From positions 1-64,000 of the forward strand of contig CAVVLJ010000020.1 in assembly GCA_963749075.1 (NCBI GenBank): a stretch of 64,000 bases of DNA, written 5' to 3'. The translations under genes and the position numbers were made by a program. Position 1 is the first letter of the stretch; each line of letters begins with the position of its first letter. Under the pieces are notes generated by a model that was given only the letters and a program-made list of their open reading frames with translations, searched no databases and was not told where the DNA came from. This document shows, piece by piece, positions 8,471 to 16,864 of this stretch. The DNA is from an uncultured Pseudomonadota bacterium. Its GTDB lineage: Bacteria; Pseudomonadota; Alphaproteobacteria; JACZXZ01.

Positions 8471-10741
8471 ATGACAGCGGTCACCCGTCTTCCCTTGCCT
8501 GTCGGGGACGAGCCCGGCCCGGAGAGCGGCTTCGGCCTGCCCCCGGCGCCCGATTCGTCGCTCGACCTGCGGCGCGTCCTTTCCATCCTCAAGCGCCGCA
8601 AGGTGATGATCCTCGGCGTGATGGTGATCGTCACCAGCCTGGCGGCCCTCGTGGTCTCCCAGCTCACGCCGCTCTACCGCGCCGAGGTCAAGCTCGTGCT
8701 CGCGCAGAGCCGCGAGAACCTGCCGATCCAGGCCGTGGTCCAGGGCCTCAATCCCGACCTCTTCACCAACGAGACCGAGGCGGCGATCCTCACCTCGCGC
8801 GAGCTCGCGGCCAAGGCCGTGGCGCGGCTCAACCTGACCAACAGCCCGCTCTACAATCCGGACCTGCAGCCCAAGGCGAAAGGCTTCCTGAGCGCCGTCC
8901 TCGACCCCATCGCGGAAGCGCTCTTCGGCAAGAGCGGAGCGGGCAGCCAAGGGGCCGGGCTGAGCGCCGAGGACAAGCAACGGCAGCTCGTGCAAGCGGC
9001 GATCGACAATTACACCCACGACCTCAACGTGACGGCCTCCGACCGCAGCCGGGTGATCACGCTGCAATACGTCTCGACCGATGCGCACATGGCAGCACTT
9101 GCCGCCAACACGACGGCCGAGATGTACATTCTCGATCAGCTCTCCAGCAAGGACCAGACCACCGCGCGGGCCTCGGATTGGCTCAACCAGCGCGTCGCCG
9201 AGATGCACCAGCGCGTCATCGATTCCGAGAAGAAGCTCGAGGATTACCGCCGCACCACGGGCATGGTGGATACCGGCGGCGCCTCGATCTACCAGGCGCA
9301 GCTCGCGCGCCAGAACGAGGAGCTGGCGCTGGCCCGCGGCCAGCTTGCCGAGGCCGAGGCGCGGGCGCACCAGGTCCAGGACCAGTTCCGCAACGGCGAC
9401 GTCGATACCGCCGCGGCGGTGCTCAACAGCCCTCTCATCCACAGCCTGACCGACCAGGAGGAACAGGTCTCGCGCAAGCTCGCCGAGCTCAAGACCCAGC
9501 TCAAGGAGACCCATCCGCAGGTCAAGCTGACCGAGCACGAGCTCGCCGACATCAAGGGCAAGATCGCGATCGAGGTGCAGAAGATCGCCGCCAATCTGGG
9601 CAACGAGCTGACCATCGCGCGGGTGCGCGTGCAGAACCTCGAGCGGGAGCTCGCCGACACCCAGCGCAAGGTCGAGAAGCAGAACGAGTCGGACGGCAAC
9701 TTGCGCTCGCTCGAGAGCGACGTGAAGGCGAACAGGACGCTCTACGAGACCCTGCTCTCCCGCCTCAAGGAGACCGACGTCCAGCAGGACTCGAGCATGC
9801 AGCAGCCGGACGCGCGCATCATCTCCCGCGCCACCGTGCCGACCTACCCGTTCTATCCGCGCCGCGGCCTGATGGTGGCGGCCGCTCTCGTCGTCTCCGC
9901 GGTCATGGGCATCGCACTCGCCCTCCTCGTCGAATTCCTCGACTCCGGCTTCCGCAGCCTCTCGCAGGTCGAGACCATGACCGGGCTGCCGACCTTGGCG
10001 CTGATACCGAGCCTCAAGGAGCTGGCGGGCGAGAAGACGCGGCCGCACGAGATCGCCGTGGAACGGCCGAACTCGAGCTATGGCGAGGCGATCCGCACCA
10101 TCCGCACCGGGCTCCTCTTGAGCCACATCGATCATCCGCCGCGCACGGTGATGGTGACCTCGTCGGTGCCGGGCGAGGGCAAGTCGTCGGTGGCGCTCTC
10201 GCTCGCCTGCGCCACCGCGCGCTCGACGCAGAAGGCGATCGTGCTCGACTGCGACCTGCGCCATTCCACCCTGCACAAGTACCTCGGCTGCCCGAACAAG
10301 ATCGGGCTCACCGACTACCTCGCCGGCCAGGCCAGTCTCGAGGACGTGGTCGAGATCGATCCGCACTCCGGCGTGCACTTCATCACCGCCGGCTCGCGCG
10401 CGCCCAATCCGGTCGATCTGCTCGGCTCGCAGGAGATGAAGAAGCTGGTCGCCCGGCTGTCCTCGCTCTACGACCTCGTGGTGCTCGACTCGCCGCCGCT
10501 CTTGCCGGTGTCGGATGCGCTGGTGCTCGCGCGCATCGTCGACAAGGCGATCTTCCTCATCCGCTGGGAGAAGACCAAGCGCGAGACGGCGCTGTCCGGG
10601 CTCAAGCTCCTCGTCGAGGCGGGCGCCAATGTCGCCGGCATCGCCTTGACGCAGGTGGACGTGCGCAAGCATGCCACCTATGATTACACGGACTCGGGCT
10701 ACTATTACTCGAGCAGCTACAAGAATTACTACATCGAGTAG
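8471..10741 (+). CDS. wzc: Polysaccharide co-polymerase / BY tyrosine kinase (Wzc/GumC/ExoP)
   Basis: Two TM helices around a coiled-coil region, EAIRTIRT, Walker A GEGKS, DCDLR, VLDSPP, C-terminal Tyr cluster YDYTDSGYYYSSSYKNYY. Confidence 0.93.
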   Translation: MTAVTRLPLPVGDEPGPESGFGLPPAPDSSLDLRRVLSILKRRKVMILGVMVIVTSLAALVVSQLTPLYRAEVKLVLAQSRENLPIQAVVQGLNPDLFTNETEAAILTSRELAAKAVARLNLTNSPLYNPDLQPKAKGFLSAVLDPIAEALFGKSGAGSQGAGLSAEDKQRQLVQAAIDNYTHDLNVTASDRSRVITLQYVSTDAHMAALAANTTAEMYILDQLSSKDQTTARASDWLNQRVAEMHQRVIDSEKKLEDYRRTTGMVDTGGASIYQAQLARQNEELALARGQLAEAEARAHQVQDQFRNGDVDTAAAVLNSPLIHSLTDQEEQVSRKLAELKTQLKETHPQVKLTEHELADIKGKIAIEVQKIAANLGNELTIARVRVQNLERELADTQRKVEKQNESDGNLRSLESDVKANRTLYETLLSRLKETDVQQDSSMQQPDARIISRATVPTYPFYPRRGLMVAAALVVSAVMGIALALLVEFLDSGFRSLSQVETMTGLPTLALIPSLKELAGEKTRPHEIAVERPNSSYGEAIRTIRTGLLLSHIDHPPRTVMVTSSVPGEGKSSVALSLACATARSTQKAIVLDCDLRHSTLHKYLGCPNKIGLTDYLAGQASLEDVVEIDPHSGVHFITAGSRAPNPVDLLGSQEMKKLVARLSSLYDLVVLDSPPLLPVSDALVLARIVDKAIFLIRWEKTKRETALSGLKLLVEAGANVAGIALTQVDVRKHATYDYTDSGYYYSSSYKNYYIE

Positions 10742-10761
10742 CCGGACCCGCGAGGCCGTCC

Positions 10762-11460
10762 TTGCTGCACCGCACGCAAATCGCTGGGCTTGCGCTGACG
10801 CTCGCGGGCGGCGCCTACTTGATCGCGCTCTCGCTCCCCCAGCTCGCCGGCGGCGTCCACCTGATCTCCCAGGAGCGCACGCTCGACAATCTCGCCGGCG
10901 GCAACTACACGCGGCCGCTGACGGGGCCCGAGCTCGCGGCCGACGTAGCTATGTGGGGCGAGGCGGCACCCCTCGTCGACGATAGCGACACCTGGACGGG
11001 CTACGGCGACGTGCTGCTGGCCGAGGCCGGCATCACCGAGGCGACGGAGGCGAAGCACGGAGAGCTCCTCGCCGCCGCCCACGGCGCCTACCGCAAGGCG
11101 CTGACGCTCGGGCCTGCCAACTCGCGCGCCTGGACGATGCTGGCGCTCACCGACTTCGACAACGGTGCCAGCGTGGCACCGCTCGTGCCGCTCCTCGAGA
11201 TGTCGCTGAAGACCGGCCCGCGCGAGGCGGGCCTCGCCTTCCCGCGCCTCGACATCGGGCTCTACTTCTGGCGCCAGCTCGATCCCAAGCTCAGGGCGGC
11301 GTTGCAGGAGCAGGCGCTGATCGCGGCCAATTACAGCCCGCGGCGGCTCGCCGAGCTCGTGCACCGCCACTATCAGCTCGGCGTCGCGCGCGCCCTCCTC
11401 AGTGTCGATCCGATCCTCAAGTGGCGCTTCGACGACATCTACTCGCGCCTCTTCCCCTGA
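10762..11460 (+). CDS. Hypothetical membrane-anchored helical-repeat (TPR-like) protein
   Basis: N-terminal hydrophobic helix; AYRKALTLGPANSRAWTMLA is TPR-like; directly follows wzc. Confidence 0.65.
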   Translation: MLHRTQIAGLALTLAGGAYLIALSLPQLAGGVHLISQERTLDNLAGGNYTRPLTGPELAADVAMWGEAAPLVDDSDTWTGYGDVLLAEAGITEATEAKHGELLAAAHGAYRKALTLGPANSRAWTMLALTDFDNGASVAPLVPLLEMSLKTGPREAGLAFPRLDIGLYFWRQLDPKLRAALQEQALIAANYSPRRLAELVHRHYQLGVARALLSVDPILKWRFDDIYSRLFP

Positions 11461-11493
11461 GCGGAACGCCGCGGCGCCGCAATGCGCGGCCAC

Positions 11494-12903
11494 TCAGCCG
11501 CGGTGCGGTGCCACGGCCCGGCTCTCGCTGCCCTGGCGGCGGGTGGAGAACGACTGGCTGTAGGCGGTCCCCATCAGCAGCGCATAGGCGACCGCAATGG
11601 CCGGCATCTGGAGCGGGAAATCCACCGTCGAGTGGAGCGCCATCAGCGCGGTGGCGCCAAGCCCCGCGGCCGGGTAGATGAAATCGCGCTGACGCGTCAC
11701 CAGCCCGCGCGCGCAGACCGCGACGATGCCGATGAGGATGCCGAGCAGCACGGCAAGCGCCGGCAGGCCGATCTCGAGCGCCAGCTCGAGATAGGTGTTA
11801 TGGGCGCGGTCGAAGCTGGCGAAGATGTAGTCCAGCCGGTTGTCGCGATACATCTGGAACACGTCGCGGAAGCCGCCAAGCCCGACGCCGAGCCAGGGAT
11901 GGTCGGCGATGGCGTGCAGCGTCAGCAGGTAGACGAAGCCGCGCCCCGTCTCGTTCCCCGCATAGTCGCCGAGCCGGCCCATCAGGCGGCTGCCGCTGAA
12001 GCTGATCAGCACCAGGGCGGCGATGGCGAGGGAGAGGGCGAAGATCGGCAGCCGGCCGGCGACGCTGCGCTGGCGCCGGGCGACGCGGATCGCGAAGACC
12101 AGCGCCGCGACCCCGGCGCCCGTCGAGAGGAAGCCGCCGCGCGACTGGGTGAAGAGGAGCGCCGTCGCGATGACCAGCGCGGAGACGAGCAGCACATAGG
12201 GCCCGAGCTTCGCCGTCTCGACGAAGTGCAGCAGGCCGAAGCGCGAGAACAGGCCGTAGCGCAGGCTCTTGTCCGACTCGCTGTGCAGCAGGGCAAGCGT
12301 CGCGATCAGCGTCAGCCCGCAATAGGCGGCAAAGTTGTTGCGGTTGACGAAGGTCGCCGTGAGCGAGCCGCGGTACGCCCACTTGACGTACCACAGCACC
12401 GTCTCGAAATGGCCGAGCTGCATGACGAGGCCGTAGACCGCGTAGGCCGTGCCGGCCGCGGCGAGCGACCACAGCACGAGCCGCGCTCGCTCGCGCTGGC
12501 GGCAGAGCTGGATGGCGAGGAAGAACACCCCGGCATAGGTGATGAGCCGCAGCACCGTCTCGCGCGCCGCCCCCGGCGCCATGGCGATGGCGCCCGCAAG
12601 CGGCGTGCCGAGGAGCCCGCTCGCCTCGCGCCAGAACGGGTTGTGCCAGGCCTCCGGCGTGAGCGAGCTCTGTTGCACGAGGAACCAGACGACGAGGACG
12701 GCAAAGGCCAGGAGGGCCGCCCCGTAGCGGCGCCAGCCGAGCGGCGTCAGCTCGCGCTCGAAGAGGGCGGCGATCGCGAAGGCGACGAGCTGGAGGCCGA
12801 TCGAGAGGCCGAGGAGCCCCCACGCCCACGGCCGGTTGCTCGCGAGCGGGAGGGGCGCCAGACCTACGGTGATCACGAGAGCCCAGAAGAGGATGTTTGC
12901 CAT
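11494..12903 (-). CDS. O-antigen ligase / O-oligosaccharyltransferase family protein
   Basis: Polytopic; TFVNRNNFA, TQSRGG, GVGLGGF and RAHNTYLE Wzy_C motifs. Confidence 0.88.
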   Translation of the reverse strand: MANILFWALVITVGLAPLPLASNRPWAWGLLGLSIGLQLVAFAIAALFERELTPLGWRRYGAALLAFAVLVVWFLVQQSSLTPEAWHNPFWREASGLLGTPLAGAIAMAPGAARETVLRLITYAGVFFLAIQLCRQRERARLVLWSLAAAGTAYAVYGLVMQLGHFETVLWYVKWAYRGSLTATFVNRNNFAAYCGLTLIATLALLHSESDKSLRYGLFSRFGLLHFVETAKLGPYVLLVSALVIATALLFTQSRGGFLSTGAGVAALVFAIRVARRQRSVAGRLPIFALSLAIAALVLISFSGSRLMGRLGDYAGNETGRGFVYLLTLHAIADHPWLGVGLGGFRDVFQMYRDNRLDYIFASFDRAHNTYLELALEIGLPALAVLLGILIGIVAVCARGLVTRQRDFIYPAAGLGATALMALHSTVDFPLQMPAIAVAYALLMGTAYSQSFSTRRQGSESRAVAPHRG

Positions 12904-12934
12904 TCCCGCCGCCGCCGCACCGTCCTGACCGAGT

Positions 12935-13354
12935 CTACCTGAAAAGCTGCCTCAGCTGGTCGATGAACTGGGCCGCGGGGGATGCTTGGCCGCCGCCCAT
13001 GCCGAGTGCTGCGAGCACCAGATAGAGCGAGAGCAGAAGCGGGATGCCGATCACAAGGGCGAAGATGACGGTGATGACCGCGTTGCCGAGGGTAGCGAAG
13101 GGGTGGCGGCTCTCCTCGACGGCGCGCCGCGCCGGCCGCCGCTGCTCCTTGCCGGCGATGAAGACGAAGTAGAAGCGCCGCAAGAACAGCGGAAAGGAGA
13201 AGCGGATGTCGATGGCATGGTAGCCCCAAACACGCGCGCCGAAGGCGAGCTTGATCGCGGCGAGCTGGGCCGGCGTGAAGCTCTGGGCGACCGAGGGATG
13301 GATGCGGCTGAAGAACTTCTCGAGGAACGGGTCTGGAGGCTCGTTCTTGACCAT
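12935..13354 (-). CDS. Conserved hypothetical membrane protein (family often mislabelled as 3-phosphoshikimate carboxyvinyltransferase)
   Basis: DPFLEKFFSRI...SFTPAQLAAIK...HAIDIRFSFP...FYFVFIAGKEQR plus a C-terminal TM; GGAGG RBS before ATG 13354. Confidence 0.65.
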   Translation of the reverse strand: MVKNEPPDPFLEKFFSRIHPSVAQSFTPAQLAAIKLAFGARVWGYHAIDIRFSFPLFLRRFYFVFIAGKEQRRPARRAVEESRHPFATLGNAVITVIFALVIGIPLLLSLYLVLAALGMGGGQASPAAQFIDQLRQLFR

Positions 13355-13419
13355 GCCTGGTCCTCCGGCTGGGTGTCGCCACGGGGAAGCCGGCCCCCGG
13401 TCCGGCGCGTGGATTCCGC

Positions 13420-14820
13420 TCAGTAGGCGTTCTCGTGCACGAAGCCCACGAAGAGCGTGAGGAAGAGGATCTTGAGGTCGAGAAGCAGGGACCAGTGGTC
13501 GATGTAGTAGAGGTCGCATTGTACCCGGAGCTGCATCTTGCGCAAACTGTCCGTCTCGCCCCTGAGGCCGTTGACCTGGGCCCAGCCGGTGATGCCGGGC
13601 TTGACCCTGTGGCGGCCGAGGTAGTCGTCGATCGTGCGGGCGTACTGCTCGTTGTGCGCGACCGCGTGCGGCCGCGGACCGACGAGCGACATGTCGCCCC
13701 ACAGCACGTTGAAGAGCTGCGGCAGCTCGTCGAGGCTGGTGCGCCGCAGGAAGGCGCCGAGTCGGGTCACCCGCGGGTCGCCGCGCGTCGCCTGCCGCAC
13801 GTCGCGCTCGCGCGCCGCGCCCGCCACCATGGTGCGGAATTTGTAGACGGTGAACTCGTTGTTGTTGAAGCCGTAGCGCTTTTGCCCGAACAGCGCCGGC
13901 CCCGGGCTGTCGAGCTTGACGGCGAGCGCGATGAGCGCCATGAGCGGAAAGGTCAGGAAGAGGATGATGCTGGCGATCACCCTGTCCTCGAGGGACTTGA
14001 GGACGAGGCTCCAGCCGTGGAGCGGCCGCTCGAAGACGCTCAGCATCGGGATGCCGCCGAGCGCCATGAAGCCGCCCGTCGGAATGTCGAAGCCCACCGC
14101 CTCGGGGCAGAGGCGCACGTTGGCCGGCAGCGTCTTGAGCTCCTTGAGCAGTGCCGCGATGCGCTCGCTCTCGCGCCAGGGGAGTGCTATCACCACCTCG
14201 TCGATCGGCTCCCTGCGGAAGCGCGCGAGGAGATCGGCGACGGTGCCGTTCACCCGCACCTCCTCCTCGCCCGGCGCCGGCTGCTGCGGCGCGTCGTCAT
14301 AGACGCCGACGAACTCGTACTGCTCGTCGGTGCGGGCGTGGAGGCGGCGGCGCAAGCGCAGCGCCAGCTCGCTGGCACCTACGATGGCGATCTTGATGCG
14401 CAACAGGCCGCGCCGGCGCCAGCGCGCGAGCTGCAGGTAGACGGCCAGGCGCGCGATCACCAGTGCGGCGAAGGTCATCACCACCCAAAGGGCCAGCCAT
14501 ACCCGCGAGAACTCCTCCGAGCTCTTGGTGAAGTAGGCGAGCACGATGAGGGTCAAGACGACGCCGATCCAACCGGCCAGGAGCTGGCCGATCTGGAAGC
14601 CGAGCTGCTGCAGGTTGGCGAGGGTATAGACCCGCGCCACGTGCATGACGTTCAAGGTGAGGATGCCGCCGGCGAGGAAGCTGACGAGGTAATAGCCGGG
14701 GATGTCGAGAGTGCGGTGGCGCACCCAGAAACTGAGAACCCCCATCGCCACCACGAGGACGGCGTCGCCCACGCGCAGCACGCCGATGAGAAAGGTCGGC
14801 GCATCGGAGGCCATCGCCAT
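13420..14820 (-). CDS. wcaJ: Undecaprenyl-phosphate glucose phosphotransferase (priming glycosyltransferase)
   Basis: N-terminal TMs; [53 protein letters not shown]. Confidence 0.92.
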   Translation of the reverse strand: MAMASDAPTFLIGVLRVGDAVLVVAMGVLSFWVRHRTLDIPGYYLVSFLAGGILTLNVMHVARVYTLANLQQLGFQIGQLLAGWIGVVLTLIVLAYFTKSSEEFSRVWLALWVVMTFAALVIARLAVYLQLARWRRRGLLRIKIAIVGASELALRLRRRLHARTDEQYEFVGVYDDAPQQPAPGEEEVRVNGTVADLLARFRREPIDEVVIALPWRESERIAALLKELKTLPANVRLCPEAVGFDIPTGGFMALGGIPMLSVFERPLHGWSLVLKSLEDRVIASIILFLTFPLMALIALAVKLDSPGPALFGQKRYGFNNNEFTVYKFRTMVAGAARERDVRQATRGDPRVTRLGAFLRRTSLDELPQLFNVLWGDMSLVGPRPHAVAHNEQYARTIDDYLGRHRVKPGITGWAQVNGLRGETDSLRKMQLRVQCDLYYIDHWSLLLDLKILFLTLFVGFVHENAY

Positions 14821-14922
14821 GCCGCGCGCGCTCAAGGCCGTCCTCCCCGAGGGCAAATCCCGCTCCGCCCGGGCGCAAGCAGGGACGAGGATGGCGTCAG
14901 AACAGCCATGGCCGAGGTCGCT

Positions 14923-15627
14923 TCATCCCCCGCGGTGCAGCCACCAGTGCAGCTCGTTGACCGAGTAGGTGGCGCGGTAATGGTTGATGCTGCTGGCGCT
15001 CACCACGCGGCCCTTGATCTGGCTGTCGAGCACGAGCGCCTGGCCGCCCAGGTAGACCACCAGGATGGCATGGGCGACGCGCAGGTTGAGGTCCTGCAGC
15101 ACGACGACGCGCAGCTCGTCGACCGGCCAGCCGAGGTAGCGCAGCGACCAGTATTTGGCGATCGCGTAGTCCTTGCACTCGCCGCCCTTGTGCTGGAACT
15201 CGAGCGGCGTCTCCCAGAAATCGTTGCGCGACCAGTTCATGATGTCGGAGACGTAGGGGAAATTGTTCATGAAGTCGTTGACGCGCGAGAGCTGGCTCTG
15301 TTGATCGAGCCCCTTGATGCTGTCGAGGAAGGCGGTCCATTGCTTGAGATGGCAAAGAAAGGGAGGCTGCTCGCAGACGGTGCGGAACGGCTCGGGGGTC
15401 ACCCGCATGCGGGCGATCACGGCGTTCCACTGGGCGAGCGGCTGGAGGTTGTCGAAGCGGACCTCGGTCGAGCCGAAAATACTCGGGTAGTTCATCGCAT
15501 GCGCCGACGCCGTTGCTGCGATGAGCAGGGCAGCGGCAAGCGCGCAACGCCATGCTGCACTGCAATATGAGCGAGGCATCCGCATCCTCGAGCTCCTGGC
15601 GCCGAAGGTGGTCATGGACCGCTCCAC
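14923..15627 (-). CDS. Transglutaminase-like periplasmic cysteine peptidase (LapG/Peptidase C93), copy 1
   Basis: Signal peptide; VNDFMN, DFWETPLEF, GECKDYAIAKY, HAIL, VLD giving a Cys-His-Asp triad. Start may lie further downstream. Confidence 0.88.
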   Translation of the reverse strand: MERSMTTFGARSSRMRMPRSYCSAAWRCALAAALLIAATASAHAMNYPSIFGSTEVRFDNLQPLAQWNAVIARMRVTPEPFRTVCEQPPFLCHLKQWTAFLDSIKGLDQQSQLSRVNDFMNNFPYVSDIMNWSRNDFWETPLEFQHKGGECKDYAIAKYWSLRYLGWPVDELRVVVLQDLNLRVAHAILVVYLGGQALVLDSQIKGRVVSASSINHYRATYSVNELHWWLHRGG

Positions 15628-15994
15628 TCTGCCTGCGGCGGCGGCTCCGGCGGGGCGGACATCATGAGGGCTCCATGATAGCTCCGGCGCCGCCGGCCGG
15701 CGAGCACTTCCCCGCCGCAGGCGCCTCGCCGGCCCGCCCTTCGCCAGGCCCCGTCGACAGGCCCCGTAGCCGTGTCATGAGGCAAAATCCGCGCCACGCG
15801 CGCCCGCTCGGCGGAAAGACAGGGCGTGCAGGCGATGCCTCAGATGTATCGAGTATCGCGCCGAAAGGGAAGAGGGGGAGCTCTCAAGCATTAGGCGCAT
15901 GCGGCAGGATTCGGGCTTTCCCTGGCCGCTCGACGTGCCGCCGGCCGCGCGCCAGGCCTCGCTCGCCGGAGGTCCGGACCGCACGGCAAGCCCC

Positions 15995-16696
15995 CTATCC
16001 CCCGCGGTGCAGCCACCAGTGCAGCTCGTTGAGCGAATAGGTGGCGCGGTAGTGGTTGATGCTGCTGGCGTTGACGACGCGGCCCTTGATCTGGCTGTCG
16101 AGCACGAGCGCCTGGTTGTCCTGATCGACGACCAGGATGGCGTGGGCGATGCGCAGGTTGAGGTCCTGCAGGACCACGACGCGGAGCTGGTCGACCGGCC
16201 AGCCGAGGTAGCGCAGCGACCAGTACTTGGCAACGGCGTAGTCCTTGCATTCTCCGCCCTTGTGCTGGAACTCGAGCGGCGTCTCCCAGAAATCGTTCCG
16301 CGCCCAATTCATGATGTCGGTGACGTAGGGGAAATTGTTCATGAAGTCGTTGACGCGCGAGAGCTGGCTTTGCTTGTCGAGGCCCTTGATGCTGATGAGG
16401 AAGGCGTTCCACTGCTTGAGATGGCAAAGGCTGGGCGGCGCCTCGCAGATGTCCTGGAAGGGCTCGGCGGTCTGGCGCATGCGGCCGATCACCGCCGTCC
16501 ATTGCGGCAGCATCTGGAGATTGGCCATGGGCACGGCGACCGAGCCGAAGATGTTGGGAAAGCTGCCCGTTTGCGCCACCGCCGGCGGCGCCATGATGGT
16601 GACGAGGAGGACGAGGACGGCAGGCAATGCCCCGCCTGCAAGGCAAAATGGCGAGCTGGTCCGCATTCCGTAGCACCGAGCCGCAGAGATGGCCAT
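15995..16696 (-). CDS. Transglutaminase-like periplasmic cysteine peptidase (LapG/Peptidase C93), copy 2
   Basis: Same motifs (GECKDYAVAKY, HAIL, VLD); catalytic domain nearly identical to copy 1. Confidence 0.88.
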   Translation of the reverse strand: MAISAARCYGMRTSSPFCLAGGALPAVLVLLVTIMAPPAVAQTGSFPNIFGSVAVPMANLQMLPQWTAVIGRMRQTAEPFQDICEAPPSLCHLKQWNAFLISIKGLDKQSQLSRVNDFMNNFPYVTDIMNWARNDFWETPLEFQHKGGECKDYAVAKYWSLRYLGWPVDQLRVVVLQDLNLRIAHAILVVDQDNQALVLDSQIKGRVVNASSINHYRATYSLNELHWWLHRGG

Positions 16697-16864
16697 CGAT
16701 CGCTCCCCTTATGCCGCATCGAGGATAATTCCGGCGAGTTCGAAAGTTATGATAAACCGAGGTGTCCGGCCTGCTGAAGGGCGCTCTCCCGGCGGGAGGG
16801 CGCCCGGCCGGACGGCGCCTAGCCGAGCGGCGAGCAAGAAGCAGGCCACACACGCCAGTGGCGG

